Positions 19,352-31,654 of a stretch of DNA of 64,000 nt are shown here, one piece after another; position 1 is the stretch's first letter; the number at the start of each line of letters is the position of its first letter. The stretch covers positions 64,001 through 128,000 of the forward strand of contig JBCCHT010000028.1 in the NCBI GenBank assembly GCA_039028615.1. The letters run 5' to 3'. The notes under the pieces were generated by a model. The model was given only the letters and a program-made list of their open reading frames with translations, was not told the origin of the DNA and ran no database searches. The position numbers and the translations under genes are program-made. The stretch comes from Myxococcota bacterium (GTDB lineage: Bacteria; Myxococcota_A; Polyangia; Nannocystales; Nannocystaceae).

Positions 19352-20455
19352 TCACTCAGCCGGCAACTCGATCGGACAGCGCTCCTCCCAGCCATCCACG
19401 ATCCGCGCCCGCAGATCATTGCCGGCATGCGTATTCCAAAACAGCACCGGCCCCTCCACGGCCTCCGCCGCCAACGCCCGCCGCATCCCCGCAATGCACT
19501 TGGCCGTATACGTCGTCTCCAACGCCACCCCCTGCGCCCGAGCATCCTCGACCGCCTGGTTCGCCGCGTCCGTCGGCACCCCGTAGCCGCCCCCGACCTG
19601 CGAGTGGTCGATCGACCATTCGATCCCCGCCCGCCCCAACAGCCCCTTCACGCCGCCGTCGGCATGCTCGGCCCGGAGCCCGTGCTGGACCAGCAACCGA
19701 TGGGCATTGGACATCATGCGTCGGTACATGAACCCGTTGAACGCCCACCGCTCCACCGACGAGACGATGTGCAGCCGGGTCGAGACCCCCGCCAAGCCCA
19801 GGCCCAGGGCCAGGCCGGCCGATGATCCGGCCGAGCCGCCGGTGATGAACACGGTCCGGGGCTTGGGCAGCTCACCCGACGCGATCTGAGCCGCGAGCTC
19901 GAGCCCGGCCACCACGAAGCCCAGGCAGCCCATCGCCGTGCTGGCCCCCGCCGGCATGTACACCCCCTTGCGCTCCGGTCGAGCCCACAGGTTGTAGCGC
20001 AGCCACGCCCAGGGTAACGCGGCCCGGGAGGGCACGTTCCAGATCTGCGTGTTCATCGACAGCAGCGCGGCCAGATTGGTGCGCACGTGCGGGGTCAGGG
20101 TCTGAGTGAAGGTCAACGCATGGAGCGGGCGCCCCTGCGACTGCACGAAGGAGGCCACGGCCAGCAGGTGATGGCTCCCCACGCCGCCGACAGAGAAGAT
20201 CGGCTCGTCGCCGTCGTAGGGCGGATTGGCGAGCACCCACTCGAGCTTTCGGACCTTGCCGCCGCCGTACAAGTCACTGCTGGCGTCGTCTCGTTTGACC
20301 CAGACCTCGGCCGAGCCCACGTCCAAGCCCGCAACCCGCTGCACGGGGGTCGGCAGCTGGGCGAGGCTCAGGCGCCGGGGACTACGCTCGAGATAGGGGC
20401 TCAGGTCGACGTCATCGGGGGCCACCGAGGCCCGATCCGCGGTCACGGCCGGCAT
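19352..20455 (-). CDS. PLP-dependent enzyme, ACC deaminase/D-cysteine desulfhydrase family
   Basis: LPTPV, WVKRDD, GGGKVRKLE (PLP Lys), GSAGS, LETTYTAK, VLFWNT. Confidence 0.85.
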   Translation of the reverse strand: MPAVTADRASVAPDDVDLSPYLERSPRRLSLAQLPTPVQRVAGLDVGSAEVWVKRDDASSDLYGGGKVRKLEWVLANPPYDGDEPIFSVGGVGSHHLLAVASFVQSQGRPLHALTFTQTLTPHVRTNLAALLSMNTQIWNVPSRAALPWAWLRYNLWARPERKGVYMPAGASTAMGCLGFVVAGLELAAQIASGELPKPRTVFITGGSAGSSAGLALGLGLAGVSTRLHIVSSVERWAFNGFMYRRMMSNAHRLLVQHGLRAEHADGGVKGLLGRAGIEWSIDHSQVGGGYGVPTDAANQAVEDARAQGVALETTYTAKCIAGMRRALAAEAVEGPVLFWNTHAGNDLRARIVDGWEERCPIELPAE

Positions 20456-20684
20456 CGGCGGGGACGCTAGCACGGCCCTCGACCCCCGTTTTCCCGGCCC
20501 GCCCCTGAGGGACGAAACGCCGGCTCGCGCCGCAAATGCGGGGGTACGCGGCCTGCGAGCGCTGAACGTCAGCACCGTGCTCGGGCGATCGCACGACGAG
20601 GGGGCTCGTTCGCCGGGCGTCGTCCGCAACGTTCGCTCCGGGTGGCTTGGAACCTTTGTTCGCTATGCTAAGGTCGCGTTCACA

Positions 20685-22421
20685 GTGAAGCCCTGTCCCT
20701 ATTGCGCGGAGCTCATCCAGGACCAGGCCGCCAAATGTCGCTACTGCGGCGAATGGCTCGACCCCAGCAAGCGCCCGGTGTGGTCGGGGTCGTCACAGAC
20801 TCCCGGGGTGCCGGCCGTCGCCGCACCTGCGCCCGCCCCCACGCCAGCTCCCGCCCCCGCCCCGAGTGCAGCCGAGCCGATCCTGGCCGACGCTCCCGAG
20901 GTCGAGGAGCCGAGCCCGGGCTCCACCACGCTCACCGTGGGCTCGGGTGGGCTGCCCGACTTCTCGCAACCACACGAGCCCGAGCGCACCTGGTCGGCCC
21001 CCGCGTGGCTATCCAACGCACAAGCGACCCGCCCCGAGCCCGCCGAGCCCGAGCCCAAAGATCCGGTGGCACCCACCGACCACGCGACGCTCGAAGAAGT
21101 CGCGCTTCGCATGGAGCGAATTCGGCAGAGCGCGGCCGCGGTGCGTCACTCCGGCGACGCCCAGCAAGAAGCGCCCGCGCCCCGGCCCCGCGCTCGCCTC
21201 GAGGTAGAGCCCGGCGTCACGCTTCCCGCCGGTAGCCTCCGCTCGGTCGACCTCCAGGATCCCGAGGCGGATCGACTGCCCGTCCAACAAGAGGCACCTC
21301 GGCCCATGCCGCGTGCGCCTCAGCCCGCGCCCGTCATCTACGACGACGAGCCCCCAGAGCCTCCCCGCCGCCACGTACAACGGCCGCAACCCGAGCCCCG
21401 TGCGGAGCGTCCGGTCGACGACTCGCCCCGCCAACGCTCCCACGTCGAGACGGCCCCTGCCCCCGAACAGCCAGCCCGGCGGGCTCGCCCGGAGCCGGAG
21501 CCCGAGTTCGACGAGGTGCCCCAACGTTCCCGTCGCAAGGCCACGACGGCGCCTGCGCCCGCACCGGTCGATGACGATTGGGGCGACGAAGACGACGATT
21601 TCGAGGATGAGCCCCCGCCCCGCATGGGTGGTGCAGCCGCTGGGTTCGACGACGGCTTCCTCGATGGCGACGACGACGATTTCGACGGCGACGATGACTT
21701 CGACGACGGCGACTTCGACGACATGGGCGGTGGATCCGCGCCGCTGCCGTGGAAGGCGATCGGGGCCGGTGCCCTGGTCGTGACGCTCATCGCGGTGTTC
21801 TTCCTCCGCGACTCCATCTTCCCCAGCGATGGCGAAGACGACGAGGTCGCGGCCGAGAACGCGGACTCCGACGGGGCCGATCCCGCCGCCGAAGGTGATG
21901 CCGCGGCCGCTCCCGCCGAAGAGCCCGCCCCCGAGGCCAAGGCCGACGGCGAGGGTCAGCCGGTCCAGCCCGAGGGCGCCGAAGGTGGAGCCCCTGCGGC
22001 CGAGGGTGGAGCCGCCGCACCGCCGCCACAGCCCTCCGGCCCGCTCGACCCGATGACCATGGCGCTGCTCGACGAAGCTCGCCAGGAGTACGTGGCCGCG
22101 CTGGGCAATCCCAAAAAGCAGGCCCCCGTCGCCGAGAAGCTCCAGGCGGTGTTGGCCAAGGCGCCCAACCATCCCGAGGCTCTCACCCTGATGGCGCAGA
22201 CCTATCTCGACCAAGAGAAGATCGACGAGGCGCTGGCCACCGCCAACAAGTGCCTCCAGGTCTCGCCCCAGAGCGCCGACTGCTGGCTCACCCTGGGTGT
22301 CATCTCCGAGATGAAGGAAGAAAAAGAGCAGGCTCAGGCCGCGTACAACAAGTACATGGAGCTGTCGCCCGAGGGCCGCTACGCCAAAGAGGTGGAAGCC
22401 TCGCTCAAGCGCCTCAACTGA
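20685..22421 (+). CDS. Zinc-ribbon / Pro-rich and acidic linker / TM / C-terminal TPR protein
   Basis: CPYC..CRYC at the N-terminus, long Pro-rich and Asp-rich tracts, TM segment IGAGALVVTLIAVFFL, and TPR repeats at the C-terminus. Confidence 0.8.
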   Translation: MKPCPYCAELIQDQAAKCRYCGEWLDPSKRPVWSGSSQTPGVPAVAAPAPAPTPAPAPAPSAAEPILADAPEVEEPSPGSTTLTVGSGGLPDFSQPHEPERTWSAPAWLSNAQATRPEPAEPEPKDPVAPTDHATLEEVALRMERIRQSAAAVRHSGDAQQEAPAPRPRARLEVEPGVTLPAGSLRSVDLQDPEADRLPVQQEAPRPMPRAPQPAPVIYDDEPPEPPRRHVQRPQPEPRAERPVDDSPRQRSHVETAPAPEQPARRARPEPEPEFDEVPQRSRRKATTAPAPAPVDDDWGDEDDDFEDEPPPRMGGAAAGFDDGFLDGDDDDFDGDDDFDDGDFDDMGGGSAPLPWKAIGAGALVVTLIAVFFLRDSIFPSDGEDDEVAAENADSDGADPAAEGDAAAAPAEEPAPEAKADGEGQPVQPEGAEGGAPAAEGGAAAPPPQPSGPLDPMTMALLDEARQEYVAALGNPKKQAPVAEKLQAVLAKAPNHPEALTLMAQTYLDQEKIDEALATANKCLQVSPQSADCWLTLGVISEMKEEKEQAQAAYNKYMELSPEGRYAKEVEASLKRLN

Positions 22422-22441
22422 GCGCCTCGCCGCCGCGCATG

Positions 22442-22479
22442 AAAAGCCTCCCGCGCCTTCGGGCCCGGGAGGTTTTTTT
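22442..22479 (+). terminator. Rho-independent terminator
   Basis: AAAAGCCTCCCG...CGGGAGG followed by TTTTTTT, just after the 22421 stop. Confidence 0.85.
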
Positions 22480-22594
22480 GATCCGTCGCACGCTCCGTTG
22501 TCAGATCTCGCGCCCTGGCCACAAATGGGGAGTGCGTGCCCGAGGCCAACCGTCCCCCACCATGGAGCGCGCGGCCGCCTTCGACTCCCACGAC

Positions 22595-23976
22595 ATGAAC
22601 ACCGCCTTGCTTCGCCTCACCTCGTTCCTGACCGCCTCGCTGCTGCTCGCCTCCTGCGCCGACGAACAAGGGCCTCCGCCTTTCGCGGAAGTCTGCGGTC
22701 AAAGTGGCCAAGCGCTGGTCTTGCCGTTGGCAGAGTCCTCCTGGGGCGCTGTGCTCGGTGAGATCGACGATCGGCTGCTCGTCGCCACTCGAGGATTGGA
22801 CAGCCACGAGCCCGACGCTCGGGTCGATCTCCACCTCATCGGCAAGTGCGGAGAGGACCCCGTCTCGCTCGGAGACGTGTCCTGGTACGCCTCGTGGCTG
22901 GCCGCCGACGGCGTGTTGTACTCCGGCGGTGACTGGGGCGTGCAACTGCACGAGCTGACCACGGGCCGCACCGAGGACTTCGCCCCAGAGGCGAACTGGC
23001 CCGCCTTGCCGACGCCGTTCGGCACGATCACGCTCGAGCGCAACGGAGGGGCATTGGTCCTCCACCCCAATCCTCTCGACGCGAGCGTCGAAGCGATCAC
23101 GCTGCTGGAATTCACGGGAGATGTGGATCGGTCTCACCTCCAGGTTCCCTTGCGCCGCGAGGCGCTCGACGGGCTGTGGACCGACGGGGCGGGCGTGCTC
23201 GCGCTGGGCGAGGACGACGAGGTGCTGCGCGTCGACCTCGTCACCCACGAATCCACGGTGGTGGCCAGCGACATCGAACAGTTCCGGGTCGTCGATGACG
23301 GCCAGCAGCTGCTGTTTCTCCGGGACTCGCAGATCGGGCTCCACGACCTCCGCGACGGCCGCGAGACCATGCTCTCCGACGTAGCCAACATTACGCTCGC
23401 GGTGGCCTACGTGCAGGACGAAGCAGGGCCGTGGCTCGTCATGCATCCGCGCGACGGTCAAATCGTCAACCTGGATCGGCACGAGGTGCTGCCCGCCAAC
23501 GGCCACGAGCCCATCGGGATCTACGAGGTCGGCGACGGCCTGACGGTCGTGGAGAGCTTCGACACCAGCCCCTTCATCGGACCGTGGGGCGTCTGCAACT
23601 ACGATCTGCTCGAGGAGGACGGCACGCGCAGTCGTCTCGCCGATGGCATCGGGTGCAACATGGACCGCCGCCCGAAGCTCTCCGCCGAGGGCCTCATCGG
23701 AGAGGCCAGCGACGAAGTCTCGCTGTTCCCATTCGACGGGGCGGCACCCGAGCCCATCGGGCGTACCTTCGGCGGTTCCTTCGAGATCGTGGACGACCAC
23801 GTGGTGTCCATTGACGACCAGGAAATCTCCGAGCACAAGACACGACTGGTCATCGACGGACCACGATACGGCGAAGTGCTCAGCGTCCACGCCGCCAAGG
23901 CCCGCCCCTGGAAGGACGGCGAGGACCTCTACTACTTTGCCGTCGGGTACGGATTGATGCGCGTGAGGCTGGAGCT

Positions 23977-23980
<4 letters not shown>
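22595..23980 (+). CDS. Hypothetical lipoprotein (possibly beta-propeller)
   Basis: Signal MNTALLRLTSFLTASLLLASC with lipobox; acidic, beta-strand-rich body. Confidence 0.7.
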
Positions 23981-26067
<2,087 letters not shown>

Positions 26068-26160
26068 GGGGGCGGGTTATACCGGCCGCGCCGTAGAGCG
26101 CAAAGGCCGGGCATCGTCGATCCGTGCGGTGACCAACGTGGCCTGTTAGCCTGCGGGGCG

Positions 26161-26667
26161 ATGCCGGGCCTCGATCCCCAGACCCTCGAGCGACTGCGCC
26201 GCGGTGTTCCGCTGCGAATGACCGCCCGGGGCGAGCTGCGCTTCGACGAAGGGCCCATCACCCACCCGCGTGTGCAGCAGGCGCTGCGGGCCGGCATCGA
26301 CCTGAGCGACGGCGGCGAGCCCATCGTGCGGCTGGGGGCGCAGTGGTGCTACCTCACCATCGACGACTGCCCGCTGCGCGCCACCGCCGTGACCCGCAAC
26401 GGCGACCGGCTGTCGATGCGCGTGGACGACGGCCGCGAAGTGCCGCTGTCACCGCAGGCGCTGTGGGACGAGCCCGAGCTGGGGCTTCGCACCTCGGCCC
26501 CGGCCCAGGGCTCCGGGCGCCCGCTGGCGGTGCGCTTCACCAACCGCGCGCAGATGGATCTGGCGCACTGGCTCGAGCCGGGCGAGGGGGACGACACCGT
26601 GCTGGTGCTCGGCGAGCAGCGCTGGACGATCCCCACCGAAGACCCGGCCGCGGCATCGCCGGGTTGA
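26161..26667 (+). CDS. Hypothetical protein, DUF1285-like
   Basis: Pattern LRMTARGELRFDEGPITHPRV...WCYLTIDDCPL resembles DUF1285; codon usage looks typical for the window. Confidence 0.55.
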   Translation: MPGLDPQTLERLRRGVPLRMTARGELRFDEGPITHPRVQQALRAGIDLSDGGEPIVRLGAQWCYLTIDDCPLRATAVTRNGDRLSMRVDDGREVPLSPQALWDEPELGLRTSAPAQGSGRPLAVRFTNRAQMDLAHWLEPGEGDDTVLVLGEQRWTIPTEDPAAASPG

Positions 26668-26814
26668 AGCTGCCGCCAGGGCTCGGCCCGGACGCGCCAC
26701 CCAAAAAACTCGCCGGGTGAGCGCAACGCTTCGCATCGGCGGTCGATGACTGGGCCCGAGGCTCCCGCGGTCGCCAATGGAGGCGGCTCCGATGAGCCCC
26801 GAAACGCCCCCACC

Positions 26815-27174
26815 ATGTTCGAACTCATCGCCCTCGGCATCTTCGTCTCCCATCTCGTCGCCCTGGCTCGTAGCCGCGGCCGCTCGGCCCTGTGGTGCCT
26901 GGGCGGCGTGGTGGTCTGGCTCATGGGCAGCGCGATCGGCTGGGCCCTGTTCCCCCACGAAGGCGTGCTCGCCACCCTCGCCGGCTTGCCCGTGTCGCTC
27001 GTCGGCGCGCTCATCTACTACCGGCTGCTGCATGGCCTCGATGCCACCGAGGTCACCCTCCAGCTGGGGCGCGGCGACAACTTCCCCTGTCCGTGCTGCG
27101 CGTCGTTGCAGACGGAAGACCGCTCGGGTCATCTCGTCTGCAACGCCTGCCACCGCGGGTTCGGCTGGTCCTGA
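26815..27174 (+). CDS. Small membrane protein with C-terminal zinc ribbon
   Basis: Three hydrophobic helices, then CPCC..CNAC. Alternative start at 26746. Confidence 0.65.
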   Translation: MFELIALGIFVSHLVALARSRGRSALWCLGGVVVWLMGSAIGWALFPHEGVLATLAGLPVSLVGALIYYRLLHGLDATEVTLQLGRGDNFPCPCCASLQTEDRSGHLVCNACHRGFGWS

Positions 27175-27177
27175 GCC

Positions 27178-28923
27178 TCAGGGGCCGGCCTCGGCCCAAG
27201 CTGCCTGCACCCGCAACCGCCCCTTCGCCCGAGAAAGCTCGCAGACCAGTCGATGCTCTCGGTGCAGCACGTCGTGCACCGCCACCACCAACCGAGCGTG
27301 CGATGCTTCGCCGTAGTCGTGGGCCGGGCTTCGAGTCGGCAGCTGTCGGCCTCGCGCGAAACGACCCATCACCGCGTCGATCGGGCCGGGCTCGGCGGCA
27401 TCCCAGGTCACCGTCCAGCGTTCGGCCAGGGCCAGCGGCTCGGCGACGGCGGCCTCGACCAGCGCCTCTGGAAGCCAGCGCGAGGTGGGATAGCCGACCG
27501 CGGCGAGCTCGACCTCGAAGGTCCCCGCTTCGGTCTCGTGCAGCTCGATCGCGACGCGAGCTCGCTCAGCGAAGGCCTGCTCGGGGCGCGCATCATTGCG
27601 GGCATCGAAGAGCGCCCGCTGGAGCACCAGCTGGATCGGAGCCTCCGACCCGAGCGCGCCAGGGTCCTCCCCCACCCTCGTCCGTGCGCCCTCGGGCTCG
27701 ACCGGCACTTCGACTCGCCAGCTCCATGCCGCGGCCGCGCCCTCGTCCTTCGCTCCCAGGCTCTGCTCGATCCTTGGTTCGACCCGAAGCGCGGGCGCGG
27801 ATGCTCCGGCCATCGTCGCCCACGCCTCGCGAACGACCCGCTCGGGCTCGCCGCCCGCCTCCTGCACCCGCGCCTGCCAAGCACGGCGCTCGTCGTCGGC
27901 CACTCCGAAGATCTGGAGGTCCCGCCGTCGCGTTCCGGCCAACAGCCGCCCCGTCGCGATGTGGATCGCCGCCCGCCCCGTGTCGCAGGCGATGCAGCGC
28001 CGCCCCAGCGACTCGGCCACCTGAAGCGTCGTCCCCGAGCCCCCGAACGCATCGAGCACCACGTCGCCGGGGTTCGACGACGCTTCGATGATCCGCTCGA
28101 GCAAGCTCTCGTTCTTCTGCGTCGCGTAGCCCGTCTTCTCGGTGGAGAAGCTCTTGATCTGGATCGAGTCCAGAGAGTCGTGTCCACGAAGCGCCAGCTC
28201 GGCATCCCCCGCGTTCCAGACATCGTCCAGCGGCACGCCCTTGCCCTTGGGCGGCGAGCCGTCCCGGCGACGGTAGCCCGGCGGGTGCGGGATGTAGTGC
28301 TTGTTGAAGGTGAAGCGGCTCGGGTCTTTGACGTAAAAGAAGATGAGGTCGTGGTTGCGGATCCAGTTGCGGGCCCGGGTCTTGAATCCAGAGACCCAGC
28401 CGATCCGCCACACGATTTCCCGCTGGAAACACCCCGGGCCGAAGATCTCGTCGAGCAGCAGCTTCACCGCGTGCCCCACCGTGGGGTCGACGTGCACGTA
28501 GAGACTGCCGTGCGGCGCGAGCAGCTCGTGCATCAACCGCAGCCGCGGGTCGAGCATCGCGAGCAGGCCGGCCGTGCCCCCGGGCCATGCATCGGTATAG
28601 GCGGGCTGCCGGAGCTTGGGGCCGTCGCTGCCGACGGCGGTGACCACCTCGAAGCGCCCTCCGGTGGCAAAGGGGGGATCGATGTAGACGAGATCCACGG
28701 TCCCCGCGTGGTCGCGGGCCAGGGCATCGAGGGACAGCAGGTTGTCGCCCTCGATGAGCCAATGCGGCGGCAAGGCGTCGCCCTCGGGCTCGGCCGACTC
28801 GACGGGCTCCGTCGCGGGATAGATCGCGTACGGTCGCAGCTGAGCGCCCGGCCGCGGCACGGGGCTCCGACGGCCGTGCTCGTCGTACTTGCCGGGCCAG
28901 CGCAGCTCGATGCCGTCGCTCAT
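27178..28923 (-). CDS. Site-specific DNA methyltransferase (N6/N4 beta class, type III Mod-like), orphan
   Basis: ELRWPGK, LIEGDNL, motif IV YIDPPF preceding motif I DAFGGSGTT, YATQKNESLLERII. Confidence 0.9.
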   Translation of the reverse strand: MSDGIELRWPGKYDEHGRRSPVPRPGAQLRPYAIYPATEPVESAEPEGDALPPHWLIEGDNLLSLDALARDHAGTVDLVYIDPPFATGGRFEVVTAVGSDGPKLRQPAYTDAWPGGTAGLLAMLDPRLRLMHELLAPHGSLYVHVDPTVGHAVKLLLDEIFGPGCFQREIVWRIGWVSGFKTRARNWIRNHDLIFFYVKDPSRFTFNKHYIPHPPGYRRRDGSPPKGKGVPLDDVWNAGDAELALRGHDSLDSIQIKSFSTEKTGYATQKNESLLERIIEASSNPGDVVLDAFGGSGTTLQVAESLGRRCIACDTGRAAIHIATGRLLAGTRRRDLQIFGVADDERRAWQARVQEAGGEPERVVREAWATMAGASAPALRVEPRIEQSLGAKDEGAAAAWSWRVEVPVEPEGARTRVGEDPGALGSEAPIQLVLQRALFDARNDARPEQAFAERARVAIELHETEAGTFEVELAAVGYPTSRWLPEALVEAAVAEPLALAERWTVTWDAAEPGPIDAVMGRFARGRQLPTRSPAHDYGEASHARLVVAVHDVLHREHRLVCELSRAKGRLRVQAAWAEAGP

Positions 28924-29288
28924 GGAGCGGGCTGTGCTGCCGACTCAGACTCGGTCTTGCCCGGGAGGCTCCGAACGTAGGCCGTGAACACCTGGAGCGT
29001 GGCCTCGGTGAAGCGATCGCCGAAGCCGGGCATCTGGCCCTTGCCGCCCCGGATCACGCCCTTGATCGTCTCGTCGCTGAGCTTTTCGATGTTGGCCGCC
29101 ACGGCGAAGCTCGACGCGGTGGGAGCTTCTTTGGTGGGGACGCCGTCCGTGCCGTGGCAACGAGCGCAGTACTGGTTGAACAGGCGCTCGCCTTCGATCG
29201 ACTGCTCGGGCCCCGTGGGCTGGGCGCAGCCCGCCAACGTCAACGCGGGAACGAGCAGCAATGGAGCGCAGCGGCGCGGCATGCCCAT
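28920..29288 (-). CDS. Monoheme cytochrome c lipoprotein
   Basis: LAGC lipobox, CARCH heme motif, GKGQMPGF distal Met. Confidence 0.9.
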   Translation of the reverse strand: MGMPRRCAPLLLVPALTLAGCAQPTGPEQSIEGERLFNQYCARCHGTDGVPTKEAPTASSFAVAANIEKLSDETIKGVIRGGKGQMPGFGDRFTEATLQVFTAYVRSLPGKTESESAAQPAP

Positions 29289-29355
29289 CGTTTAGCAGCC
29301 CACGGTCGTCCCCGTCGAGGGACCCGCCCGGCCGCTCACGCACGAACCCGAGGGA

Positions 29356-30282
29356 TCAGCGCGGGAACAAATCGAGACCCTCGCCACCGTGGGGCGGAGC
29401 AGAGGCGCCTCCACCCGAGGGCGGTGGCACCGGGCTGACCTCGGCGGGCGGGGGTGGTGTTTCCGCCGTGGGCTCGGCGGGCTCGGGTGCAGCTTCGGCC
29501 GACTCGGCGGCGGCGGCTTCGGCTTCCGCTGCGGCGGCCTCGGCTGCGGCTGCTTCGGCGGCGGCCGCTTCTTCTGCCGCGGCTGCCTCGGCCGCGGCGG
29601 CTTCCTCGGCCGCCTTGGATTCCTCGGCCTCGAGCAGCTGGCGCTCGCGCTCGTCGAGCATGATGAAGCCCTCTTCATCGACCAACGCGCCCTGCGGCGG
29701 GATGTACTGACCGTCGGGCGTGTTGAGACCGAGGCGAACGGCCAAGCTGTCGTTGTAGATGTCGACGGCTTCTGCGTAGCCGCGCTTGGTCTTGCCGTAG
29801 AAGATGCCGGAGGTGATGCCGAAGCCCACCGTGGCCAAGCCACCACCGAGCAGCAGTGCCCCGGTGCCGTTGATCTCCTGCAGGTCGAGACCCTCGCGGG
29901 CGGAGGCGGCCGTGCCCGCGATGGACAAGATGCCGGCGATGACCGTCAGCGCGGTGAAGACCCGAGACACACGAAGCGGGCGGGTCGGCAACGCAGCGGC
30001 CGAGCTGGCGTCCGAGCGCAGGATCGCGTCGAGCGACTGCCAGCTGCGCTTGGTCGCCATGACGCTGGTGCCCTTGGTGTAGCGGATCCCTTGCGGCTCT
30101 TCGTGCCGGTAGATCGCGTTGTCGGCAAATGCCTGTTCGCGCACCTCTCGGTCCGCGTGGGTTTCCAGCTTCTCGAAGTCGGTGGGCCGCAGCTGCGGGG
30201 TGAGGGACATGCATCCACTCCCCACCGCCATTGCGGAAAGCAGGGCGCACGCCCGCCAGTGACTCCGAATTCGGTGCTTCAC
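29356..30282 (-). CDS. Hypothetical lipoprotein/membrane protein with Ala/Glu-rich helical tail
   Basis: Signal-like N-terminus ending in GSGC, two TM segments, (EAAAA)n tract and Pro-rich end. Start set at GTG 30282. Confidence 0.65.
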   Translation of the reverse strand: MKHRIRSHWRACALLSAMAVGSGCMSLTPQLRPTDFEKLETHADREVREQAFADNAIYRHEEPQGIRYTKGTSVMATKRSWQSLDAILRSDASSAAALPTRPLRVSRVFTALTVIAGILSIAGTAASAREGLDLQEINGTGALLLGGGLATVGFGITSGIFYGKTKRGYAEAVDIYNDSLAVRLGLNTPDGQYIPPQGALVDEEGFIMLDERERQLLEAEESKAAEEAAAAEAAAAEEAAAAEAAAAEAAAAEAEAAAAESAEAAPEPAEPTAETPPPPAEVSPVPPPSGGGASAPPHGGEGLDLFPR

Positions 30283-30355
30283 CGATGACGACCGTAGCAC
30301 GTTCACAATGCCCCCAGGGATGGCCTGTCCCCCCAACGAGGGCCCTGCGAGCGCC

Positions 30356-31654
30356 TTACACCCGAGGCTGCGCCCAGGTGCTCACGACCTCGACAACGGG
30401 GGGCACGGGGCCGTCCGCGACCTTCTTACGCAGCCGGGCGACCCTTCGCTCGCATGGCGTGACTGACGCCGATGCAACCGCGAGGGCCGCCGCTGGGGCC
30501 CGAGCCTTGTGTTCGAGGTGCTTGGCGAGAGCTTCGTGGGCCTCGGGGTGCCCCGGCACACGGCGGCACACCTGCGCCCAATAGCGGGCCGCGAGGTCGT
30601 GCCGTCCGGCCCGACGCTCGATCTCGGCCGCCAGCAGGCCAGCGCCGACCGGAGTCTCCCAGCCCTTGCCCGGCGTCGTGCTGCGCGCCAGCCGGGCCAG
30701 CAGCGGCTCGAGCAAGGCGACGGCGGCGGGCATCCGCTCGAGCCGATGGTGATGCCGCGCCGCCCGGAGCCGCTCGACGTCGTCGACGGGATCGGCCAGC
30801 CGTCGGTGCATGGTGTGGGCCAGCGCGGTGAGACTGAGGACGTCGATCCGGTTGTGGCGCTGCACCTTGGCGAGATCGGCCGCGGCCGCCTCGTCGGGCT
30901 CTTCGAGCCACCGCCACAGGAGCTCGACGACCTCGGCTCCGCCCACGTCGCCTTCGCGGTGCATCGCCAGCTGCCGCGCCTCGAGGGTGCCCAGCCGGCA
31001 ATCGGGGCCACGATCTCGCCACAGCCGCCGCGCGGGGTGCAGCAGATCGACATGCGGTGCTCGCAGGGGATCTTCGGTCGCCCGGTAGATCGCGTGCCGG
31101 ATCATCCGTCGCCGCAGCAGGGGGAGATCGAAGCTGGCCCCGTTGAAGCTGACGAAGGAGGTCCGCGGCCCCACGCGATCGCGGAGGGTGGCGTCGATGT
31201 CGGCGAGCATGGCCCCTTCGGCCCCGACGCGGTGCAGGCTCCACTGCTCGAAGTGCAGACAGTCGGGCGCCACGTGCCAGGCCGCCCCCACCACGCACAC
31301 GAGCGCCCCCGACTGACCCATCAGCCCCGTCGTCTCGAGATCGATCATGACCGCGGGGACCTCGGGGTCGAGCCCGGCGCGGGGCATCACCGCCAAGTCG
31401 GCCAGGGCATCGGCGAGCGCGGGGGCGGTGGGCAGCTCGAGGCCCGCCAGGTCCTTGGCGACGGCGGCGGGGCGACGCTGCCGAGCGCCGACGGGCACGT
31501 CGACGGCGTCGCGAACGAAGCCCTCCTGCCCCGTCGGTCGCGTGCGAGCGGCCTTGTTGCGGAGAGGAGGTTTGCGCAGCGGAGGCTTGCGGAGCTTCTT
31601 CTTCTTGGGCTCGCCAGCGTCGGCCCGGTGGGCCAGGCGACGGGCGAGGCTCAT
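30356..31654 (-). CDS. RNase H-like (DEDD) exonuclease with TPR, YprB/MrfB-like
   Basis: IDLETTGL, FNGASFDLP, HVDLLHPARR, HNRIDV, C-terminal LAKHLEH. ATGA-coupled to the DUF1998 helicase. Confidence 0.88.
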   Translation of the reverse strand: MSLARRLAHRADAGEPKKKKLRKPPLRKPPLRNKAARTRPTGQEGFVRDAVDVPVGARQRRPAAVAKDLAGLELPTAPALADALADLAVMPRAGLDPEVPAVMIDLETTGLMGQSGALVCVVGAAWHVAPDCLHFEQWSLHRVGAEGAMLADIDATLRDRVGPRTSFVSFNGASFDLPLLRRRMIRHAIYRATEDPLRAPHVDLLHPARRLWRDRGPDCRLGTLEARQLAMHREGDVGGAEVVELLWRWLEEPDEAAAADLAKVQRHNRIDVLSLTALAHTMHRRLADPVDDVERLRAARHHHRLERMPAAVALLEPLLARLARSTTPGKGWETPVGAGLLAAEIERRAGRHDLAARYWAQVCRRVPGHPEAHEALAKHLEHKARAPAAALAVASASVTPCERRVARLRKKVADGPVPPVVEVVSTWAQPRV

